Below the pieces are notes generated by a model. It saw only the letters and a program-made list of their open reading frames with translations, made no database searches and was not told where the DNA came from. DNA of 64,000 bases from Candidatus Micrarchaeota archaeon (GTDB lineage: Archaea > Micrarchaeota > Micrarchaeia > Anstonellales > Bilamarchaeaceae): NCBI GenBank assembly GCA_038046765.1, contig JBBSVN010000011.1, forward strand, positions 1,152 to 65,151, in the 5' to 3' direction. Below, piece by piece: positions 57,344 to 64,000 of the stretch (position 1 is the stretch's first letter; each line of letters begins with the position of its first letter). The position numbers were made by a program, and so were the translations under genes.

Positions 57344-58547
57344 ATAAAAAACCAAAAAGATAAAGCGGAATCTCATTCTTTTCAATAGTCAAACTTTCTT
57401 TTACTAAATAAGCATTTTTCTTTCCTTTAAGCTGATCCCAGCCCTTGCTTGGTCCACCTATTTCGAATATGTAATTCCCTACTGCAAAATCAGGTGTTCT
57501 TCTCTCTGCTCCTGTTTTAATGTATTGTGCTTCTTTAACGTGCTGGATAAAAAAATCCTCCCTCAACCCACCTTCAGAAGGTTTGATTCCATAGTTTTGA
57601 CAAAGTGCGCTTCTAAATGAGAGTGGCATTAGAATTTTATCCTCGCTTCTTATTACCTTATGTCCTGCGCCCTGGGGTGGAATTATATAAAGTAATCCTG
57701 CAAGTGACAATATGTTTACTGCTTCTTTTGTGAATTTTATACTTCTACCAATACTAGATGACAATCCAGAATAACTTAATTCCCCAGGCGAAGAAGTTGC
57801 TATAAATTTTATTATCTTAAAAGCAGCATCAATATAATGGATATCTATGCTATGAAGAATCTCTAAGTCATATCTGACTATTCGTTCAATTATGTTCATA
57901 TATACGTCTTGCCTGTTTTGAAAAAAACTTGCGGGCAGTCCGTGTTTGCTGATATACTCTTCGAAATCACTTTTATAAGCGATTACCCATTTTGACAATT
58001 CCTGCCTTTTCGTTTCATTTAGTATTTCTTCAATAGTTACCTTTTGTATGTGCTTTCCAGTTTTGAAAATTAGATACTCTCTAAATGAAAGCGGTCTGAT
58101 TTCAAATAACATTGCACGCCTTGAGAGTTCTGAACCCCTTGTTCGAAGTGCTGCTGCTGAAGAGCCTGTTAAAACTAATTTTGTCGTTGTCTGATCATAA
58201 AATATTTTAGCGTCCTTTTCCCAGTTCGGTATCGCATGTACTTCATCTACTAATATTAATTTATATCCAATTTTATCACAATAGTTTAATATCTCTAGAA
58301 AATCTACGGCGTATTTAAGTATCACATCTCCACTCAAATAAATTGAATTATTTGTAATTTTTGAAAGTCTAACTAGAATTGTTGTTTTTCCAACTCCGCG
58401 AAGCCCATGAATAACAAATAGTCCGCTATTATTTTGAGATATTTTTTCAACTATTTCTGCGCTACTTTCCCTTATCTTTTCTATCTGGGCTTTTTCTGCT
58501 ATTTTAGAAGATGCAGCAACTATGTTTGAAAATATAAATTCGTCCAT
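57339..58547 (-). CDS. AAA+ ATPase with C-terminal nuclease-like domain (AAA_14 + DUF4143 type), paralog of 11097-12401
   Basis: Walker A IHGLRGVGKTT and Walker B LILVDEVH. C-terminal RRTPDFAV...IFEIGGPSK resembles a PD-(D/E)xK-like core. Confidence 0.7.
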   Translation of the reverse strand: MDEFIFSNIVAASSKIAEKAQIEKIRESSAEIVEKISQNNSGLFVIHGLRGVGKTTILVRLSKITNNSIYLSGDVILKYAVDFLEILNYCDKIGYKLILVDEVHAIPNWEKDAKIFYDQTTTKLVLTGSSAAALRTRGSELSRRAMLFEIRPLSFREYLIFKTGKHIQKVTIEEILNETKRQELSKWVIAYKSDFEEYISKHGLPASFFQNRQDVYMNIIERIVRYDLEILHSIDIHYIDAAFKIIKFIATSSPGELSYSGLSSSIGRSIKFTKEAVNILSLAGLLYIIPPQGAGHKVIRSEDKILMPLSFRSALCQNYGIKPSEGGLREDFFIQHVKEAQYIKTGAERRTPDFAVGNYIFEIGGPSKGWDQLKGKKNAYLVKESLTIEKNEIPLYLFGFLY

Positions 58548-58575
58548 ATCTATAATTAGAACCGAAACCTTTAAA

Positions 58576-58643
58576 TTTCTAACCTATAGTTCACAAATTC
58601 CTTAAAGTTTGTAACATTTAGTAGAGAAATTATTCAGATCAGT
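58576..58643. repeat. Direct repeat R2 (68 nt)
   Basis: See R1. It ends at the stop codon of the FlaI-like ATPase gene. Confidence 0.85.
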
Positions 58644-60936
58644 CTTTCTCCTTAGGATTCTCCCTTAATCTTCTAGCTTCTAGTTCCTCCTTAATTATGT
58701 CCTTAAACATCGGTTCCCATTTCTTCCACGCGTCTTTAAAGTCGATTTGTCCATGATCCTTTTCTAAACTAGCTAAAAGTTTGTTGGCATAAGAATTGCA
58801 TTTAAGTACAAAATCAAGTTCAAGAAGTATTTTGTCTTTCATTTCCTTACTTGCAATATAAATATCATAGTACATTTTTCCCTTGAAAAATGCCTGCATT
58901 ATGTATTGCTCCGGTGAAATTCCTGTTTCTTCACTTCTTCTTAAAAGTGCGGGAGGTACAAATGCAATGTCCAAATCTTTTTGTAATTTTCCAATGTCAA
59001 CTTTACTAAAATCAGTCATGCTTGCTTCGGGGTTACGAAGGAACTTACACTCTGTTTGACAGCTATCAATATCCTCGCCTCGTCTAAATCTAAATGTTTC
59101 AGTAAACTTTTTCTCTTCAATGTCACTTTGGTATTCATAACCTAGTACTCTGTAAACTCTTCCTCGTCTTCCGAACCTAAGTTTCTTTAAGAAAGTATAT
59201 CTATCCGTTGCATACATACTTGCTGCAGGAATTCCAAAGACTAATTCTAATCTATCTTGTACATCTCGCAGCGATTCGGCGTGCAAATTGTAAAGCAGGA
59301 AAACCCCTGGTTGAGTATTAAGAAGGTTAATTATACCTTGGACTCCTGATCTGGATCGAACTTCGTTTATAATTAATGCCGCGTCTCCCATCCTTAATAA
59401 TACGTTCGCCATTGTAACTAGGTCAAGTTCTGGTGTTATTACTCCTTCCTTTTCTGCGCCTCGAACTCTGGCGGCTCCAATGTGGAATCCTCTTTTTCTA
59501 AACGCCCGAACTGGTATTTCTTCAATGTCCTGAATCGGTAAAATCCTTTTCCTAGTTCCTATCGCAGAAATTTTTGCTGCAGTAAACATCGTCTTTCCGA
59601 CTCCTTTAAGTCCAAGCACTGCTTCGCTACAACCCAAACTTACTAGTACATCATCGTATCCAGCAAAAAATGGCGTGAAACTTCTTAATGATATATATTG
59701 CGGGTAAGTAAAAGGCTCTTCTTTCATTATTCTTAGCGCGCATTTTAATTCTTCGAATGTCGCTGGCGGTCTTTGTAAACTGCAACGCATGCTAAGCCTT
59801 TTTATTACTGTATCCATAAATGGGTTTGATTCATCAAACTTCTTTGTAGCTTTTGTTGTTAGCGTAATGTTCCTAAAAACTCGTTCTAATAATTCCCGGT
59901 TATATCGATATAATGTATGGCAAAGCCCAAACTTAGCGTGTTCAATATATATCGGCGAGTTTTCACTATCTATATAAATATCTGTAATGTTTTCCTTGTC
60001 AAGCGCGATATTTTCTATAAACGAACCAAAACCAACTACCCAGGATGCTGCTTCCCTACCCATTGCGAGGGCTTCTTTTGGTGTTATTGCAATTCCTTGT
60101 AAAACTGCCTGATCCAGAAAATAGTTTCGATACTCTCTGGTTTTTGCATCCATCAATATTTCCCATTCGACATTTTCAAAGGATTCTTTTATCTGTTCAT
60201 TTATTACTCGTTTTAGTAGCGCAATCAATTCTGGTTTTAAGCTTTCTATTACTGGATTCTTCTGTACGTACAAATATGCTTCTGCTCCAGGTATCTCATA
60301 AAGTTGAACACTTAAGTCAAATGGTAAATCGTAACTGGCCTCCGCAGTCTTAATTTTTTGTGCAGTTGAAGGAATTTCTAATGAAATGGAACTGACAAAA
60401 AATAAGCTCTTTAAACCAGTTAGTGAAAGAAATGCCGCCCGCAAATCGCCTGTCTTTTTTACAAGAGTGTAAAGTTTTGCCCCAATAAATCTTTTTAATA
60501 TTCCGTTTACCCAAGCCTTAAATGTCTGGTAACCGTTCATATACAATGATTTCTCAGGTGGTTCTTCCTTATATGCTGCAAGATCTTTTTCTGCACCACT
60601 GGGGTTTACCATCATGTTCTCGTAAAATTTACGAATAAGTTTTCTTCTGTTTTCATATTGTGGATCTTGTTTTAACCCGTATATATCTTCTCTTAAAAGT
60701 AATAATTCGATTTGTTTAATTATCGCAGTATACTCTGTTAAAAAACTTGTTTTTTGTTCGTCAAGTTCTATTACTATTTCTTCCTCGTATCGGATTGTTT
60801 TTATGGGTACTTCCTGGGTTACTAAGTCCTTTAAGTGAGCGTTTAAAAATTCAGGTGATGCAAATTCGTAGGGGCACTTTGACAAATCAACTATTGCTCT
60901 GTTTCCTTCTAGATAAAGATTACACATAACTAGCAT
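58639..60936 (-). CDS. Divergent type II/IV secretion-family ATPase (FlaI/VirB11/PilB-like) with long N- and C-terminal extensions
   Basis: Walker A GLKGVGKTMF, Walker B-like DAALIINEVRS, His-box-like LLYNLHAES. 765 aa, with ~430 aa before the P-loop. Confidence 0.65.
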   Translation of the reverse strand: MLVMCNLYLEGNRAIVDLSKCPYEFASPEFLNAHLKDLVTQEVPIKTIRYEEEIVIELDEQKTSFLTEYTAIIKQIELLLLREDIYGLKQDPQYENRRKLIRKFYENMMVNPSGAEKDLAAYKEEPPEKSLYMNGYQTFKAWVNGILKRFIGAKLYTLVKKTGDLRAAFLSLTGLKSLFFVSSISLEIPSTAQKIKTAEASYDLPFDLSVQLYEIPGAEAYLYVQKNPVIESLKPELIALLKRVINEQIKESFENVEWEILMDAKTREYRNYFLDQAVLQGIAITPKEALAMGREAASWVVGFGSFIENIALDKENITDIYIDSENSPIYIEHAKFGLCHTLYRYNRELLERVFRNITLTTKATKKFDESNPFMDTVIKRLSMRCSLQRPPATFEELKCALRIMKEEPFTYPQYISLRSFTPFFAGYDDVLVSLGCSEAVLGLKGVGKTMFTAAKISAIGTRKRILPIQDIEEIPVRAFRKRGFHIGAARVRGAEKEGVITPELDLVTMANVLLRMGDAALIINEVRSRSGVQGIINLLNTQPGVFLLYNLHAESLRDVQDRLELVFGIPAASMYATDRYTFLKKLRFGRRGRVYRVLGYEYQSDIEEKKFTETFRFRRGEDIDSCQTECKFLRNPEASMTDFSKVDIGKLQKDLDIAFVPPALLRRSEETGISPEQYIMQAFFKGKMYYDIYIASKEMKDKILLELDFVLKCNSYANKLLASLEKDHGQIDFKDAWKKWEPMFKDIIKEELEARRLRENPKEKD

Positions 60937-60991
60937 AATCGTTTATGGTTTTTAAATTTAGCTAGTAATATAATGAACTCGCTACTTGATA

Positions 60992-61669
60992 CTACTTGGT
61001 ACAATTTGGATAAAATCCGGTAGTTTTTTCTGACATAAAAAGTTCTGCCATGAAAGGTAGCTTACAGGATGAAGTCAACATCACAGTGTCTTCATTTGCT
61101 GAGCGCTCAAATTCGACTGGTACGACTATATGGCTAGCGTCGTCTTCTAAAAATTCCATGTGCATATAAAATGGCTGGTTATATTTTACAATCTTATATT
61201 CAGTGTCAAATTCATTTGCTATTTTTATGTAAAATCCGTCTTCTAGCTTCGTCATATGCTTCGGTATGTCAATTATGCTGGTTTTATAATCATCAAAATC
61301 AAAAGTAAAATTTTCCCGGCTAAAAGAAGTTCCTCTTTGCAGTTCATATCTTACTTCGGGTACTTTTGCGTCTGCAAAAATATTCTCTTTTATTTCTGCT
61401 TCCTGCAGCATTGTGAGTTTTTCCCTAAGTTCTTGTCTATTTTTCCAAAAGTTTTCAAATTTCTTTTTACTTTCGTTTGCTTTACTTGCAGCTGTTTGCG
61501 AAGTTTTTAAACTAAATGTTGCATTTGTTTTAATAATCTCATCTTTGCATGGTCTAATTGAAAATCCAAAAACAGCAAGACTGGCAACTAGAGGTAGCAT
61601 GTACCTAAACAATTTTTTTGACTTGCTTGGTTCGTTTTTAGCACTTCTTGTATTTTCCCTTTCTCTCAT
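60992..61669 (-). CDS. Hypothetical membrane-anchored protein
   Basis: N-terminal basic stretch plus the hydrophobic helix LFRYMLPLVASLAVFGFSI. Directly upstream of the ATPase on the same strand. Confidence 0.45.
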   Translation of the reverse strand: MRERENTRSAKNEPSKSKKLFRYMLPLVASLAVFGFSIRPCKDEIIKTNATFSLKTSQTAASKANESKKKFENFWKNRQELREKLTMLQEAEIKENIFADAKVPEVRYELQRGTSFSRENFTFDFDDYKTSIIDIPKHMTKLEDGFYIKIANEFDTEYKIVKYNQPFYMHMEFLEDDASHIVVPVEFERSANEDTVMLTSSCKLPFMAELFMSEKTTGFYPNCTK

Positions 61670-61755
61670 AATATTATATTAATAATAACTACTTAAAAAT
61701 CTAACTAAATTACGAAATTCGTAAACTTTATTAATACTGTCGTCTAATTTAAACT

Positions 61756-62187
61756 ATGAAAATTGATGATATTGATAGGAAAATTATTTCGCTTCTAAAA
61801 ATAAATTCCAGAATTAGCAACGTTGAACTTGCAAAAGAAGTCAATCTAACTGAAGGAGCAGTAAGAAGAAGAATCGAACAACTTCTAAATAATAAAATAA
61901 TTAGAAATTTTACAATCGATGTCGATGAACATGAAGAAAACTTTGCTGTTGTAATGGTAAAAGCAAAGGCAGAGACAAAAAAAATGATGCATGATATTAT
62001 CTCTCTTAATCTTGTGAAAGAAGCATATGAAATTTCAGGGGATTATGACGGTTGCATAATAATAAGTGCAGAAAATTTAGAGGCTATTGATACTAAAATC
62101 GATAAGATCAGGCATCTTAAAAGCGTTAAGGATACAAAAACTTTTATTAGTTTGAAAAAATATTCACATTTTATTCATCTCATATAA
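61756..62187 (+). CDS. lrp: Lrp/AsnC-family transcriptional regulator
   Basis: N-terminal HTH DDIDRKIISLLKINSRISNVELAKEVNLTEGAVRRRIEQL followed by a RAM-like domain. Confidence 0.85.
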   Translation: MKIDDIDRKIISLLKINSRISNVELAKEVNLTEGAVRRRIEQLLNNKIIRNFTIDVDEHEENFAVVMVKAKAETKKMMHDIISLNLVKEAYEISGDYDGCIIISAENLEAIDTKIDKIRHLKSVKDTKTFISLKKYSHFIHLI

Positions 62188-62236
62188 TTTTGCTCTGACC
62201 GATTTATTTATAAATCTCGTTTTCCTTTTTATTGCT

Positions 62237-64000
62237 ATGAATTCTTTTAAATTACTTTTTGGTTTATTGTTTTTGTTTGTAATTTTGGCAGGCACAAGCT
62301 CTGCAACTTTATGGTTTGTAAACACCACTTCTTGTAGTAGTTATGGTGCTAACTCCACAAATTCTAACAGTACTCTTGTTGATGGTGTAGCCATGGCTGC
62401 AGCGAGAGGGCTTCCTGGAGATACCTTAATGGTATGTAACGAATCTGGATTTTATATTGGAGGAGCAAACATCAATTTTTCAATAAATGTATATGGTATT
62501 GGGCGTGTTGAAGCGGTAAATATATCTAGTCATCCTGGTGAAGGAAACGCCGTATTAAATATAACTGCAATTAATGTAAATATCACAAATTTATCAATTA
62601 ATTCATCTGCTGTTCCAGGTATAGTTATTGATGGAAAAACTACCTCTGCTGTTGGTGTTAATATCAACAATACGAACATATCTATAGCGGGAGCTTCCTA
62701 CGGTCTTTCTATTAATTTTACTGAAAACGTTACCTTAGGTTCCCTAGGTCTCAATCGTTCTTCAAGTAAGTATCTAGTATTTATAAATAACAGTAATATC
62801 ACTAACATAAGAAACAGTATTCTTTCTTCTACAATGGGAGGTATTTTACTTACAAACAGTAACAATAGTCTTATTGAAAATAATCTTATTGGAAACCTTA
62901 CATTTACTGACGCGGGGTTAGTTGGTCTGGGTATTGAAATAAATGGGTCTACAAAAAACAATACTATCGAGAATAATACTATTTATAACAATACTTACGG
63001 TGTTTATGCGTATAGTATGGCTAACAGTACATTAAGAAATAATAGTATATTCAACGGTACTTACTACGGGGTATTATTAATCACTGGTGCAGATAACAAT
63101 ATTACTTCTAATAGGATCTATACATATCCTCCATTTGGGGTTGGGATATACCTTCAGGGAAATTCTTATCTTAATTTCATAACTAATAATCGAATTGAAA
63201 ATCAGTCAAATACTGGTATTATTCTAAGTACTAGTACCAGAAACGTAATCGATAATAATACAATCTTTAATACTACTAGTAACGGCATTAATATTGGTGA
63301 TGAAACTGGTGGTAACAATAATATAACTAATAATACAATCATTTTTGGCGGAAATAATGGTATTCTAATTACTACTGCTGCTAACAATGTTTCCAACAAT
63401 CTTATAAATCGTAGCGGATCAGGTGGTGATGGTTTAGTAATATCTGGTCTTGTTGGAAGAAATCTTCTGATAAATAATACTGTAGTTAATATAAGTCGTA
63501 GGGGTATTTGGCTCGATAGTGCTTTAAGAAGTGCAGTTATAAATAATACTGTATCTGATGCTGCACCTGGTATTTACCTTGCCGGGGGCGTAACAAACAT
63601 CAATGTTTCAAATAATACTATTCTTAATAGTACTTTCGGTATTTATTACGATGCTACTGGTGGTGCAGGCATTGATAGTAATAATTTTACAAACAACGTA
63701 ATTAGGGGCAACGGGCAAGGTATTCTGTTAGATTCTATTTGGGCCCCTTCTCAAAATGTTTTTATTGTCAATAACACTGTGGATAATAACACTATTGGTA
63801 TTAACTTAACCAATTCATTCAATATCACTGTATTCAATAATGTAGTGACAAACAACACCTTTGGTATATCTGTAGGTGCCAATTCAAATGAGAACAATAT
63901 TACAAATAATACTGCTACAAATAACAGCCAGGGGTTCTTCTTTTTCAATAACAATAATAACACAGTAGTAAACAATACTGCTGCAAACAATACCTTTGCT
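62237..64000 (+). CDS. Second parallel beta-helix surface protein (5' partial; runs off the window)
   Basis: Not in the ORF track because there is no stop in the window. My translation from ATG 62237 is open for 588 codons. It is colinear with 51842-55573 (ARGLPGD..CNESG, NLSIN.S, FTENVTLG, then the NNT repeat array). TATA-like tttataaat ~25 nt upstream. Confidence 0.8.
   Translation, partial: MNSFKLLFGLLFLFVILAGTSSATLWFVNTTSCSSYGANSTNSNSTLVDGVAMAAARGLPGDTLMVCNESGFYIGGANINFSINVYGIGRVEAVNISSHPGEGNAVLNITAINVNITNLSINSSAVPGIVIDGKTTSAVGVNINNTNISIAGASYGLSINFTENVTLGSLGLNRSSSKYLVFINNSNITNIRNSILSSTMGGILLTNSNNSLIENNLIGNLTFTDAGLVGLGIEINGSTKNNTIENNTIYNNTYGVYAYSMANSTLRNNSIFNGTYYGVLLITGADNNITSNRIYTYPPFGVGIYLQGNSYLNFITNNRIENQSNTGIILSTSTRNVIDNNTIFNTTSNGINIGDETGGNNNITNNTIIFGGNNGILITTAANNVSNNLINRSGSGGDGLVISGLVGRNLLINNTVVNISRRGIWLDSALRSAVINNTVSDAAPGIYLAGGVTNINVSNNTILNSTFGIYYDATGGAGIDSNNFTNNVIRGNGQGILLDSIWAPSQNVFIVNNTVDNNTIGINLTNSFNITVFNNVVTNNTFGISVGANSNENNITNNTATNNSQGFFFFNNNNNTVVNNTAANNTFA

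Larger units (their letters stand above)
57276..58643 (-). mobile_element. Possible single-gene insertion cassette (AAA+/DUF4143 ATPase bounded by direct repeats exactly 1300 bp apart)
   Basis: Direct repeats at 57276-57343 and 58576-58643. The only gene between them is 57339-58547. No integrase or transposase is visible. Confidence 0.3.

Noticed and set aside
51842-64000. Highly periodic DNA in the beta-helix genes, considered as a possible CRISPR or tandem-repeat array
   Set aside because: The periodicity is degenerate, in-frame and protein-coding (~66-nt PbH1 coils). There are no identical direct repeats with unique spacers. No CRISPR array exists anywhere in the window.

Overview
AT-rich archaeal chromosome segment, probably from a small-genome DPANN-type lineage (inference only). 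The archaeal assignment rests on the split RNA polymerase genes (rpoH-B''-B'-A'-A''), L30e, archaeal NusA, aEF-2, aIF1/SUI1, RNase P protein Rpp29, Alba and archaeal-type adenylate kinase. The core (12.5-39 kb) is the RNAP operon followed by the S10/spc-like ribosomal protein cluster (L3 to L15, then secY and adk). Nearly every gene is preceded by a GGTG-type Shine-Dalgarno sequence. This cluster is interrupted by a reverse-strand Hanks-type Ser/Thr kinase between SUI1 and Rpp29, an orphan 222-aa ORF between L15 and secY, and a membrane protein plus a NUDIX hydrolase where S12/S7/EF-2 normally follow NusA. The flanks are accessory. The left flank has a 1357-aa giant protein transcribed divergently from two secreted proteins (one beta-rich and porin-like, one an Asp/Ala-repeat lipoprotein). 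The right flank has two paralogous, N-glycosylation-sequon-rich parallel-beta-helix surface proteins bracketing a 6.6-kb island. The island holds a PP-loop ATPase, an AAA+/nuclease-like ATPase flanked by direct repeats, a divergent FlaI/VirB11-type ATPase and an Lrp regulator. Non-coding signals: a ~105-nt intergenic element in three copies, each ending at the next gene's start codon; a shared hairpin/oligo-T terminator module in three places; and a GC-rich multi-hairpin candidate ncRNA upstream of EF-2. I found no rRNA, convincing tRNA, CRISPR array or transposase. All product calls come from motif and family recognition by eye plus gene order; no database search was run.
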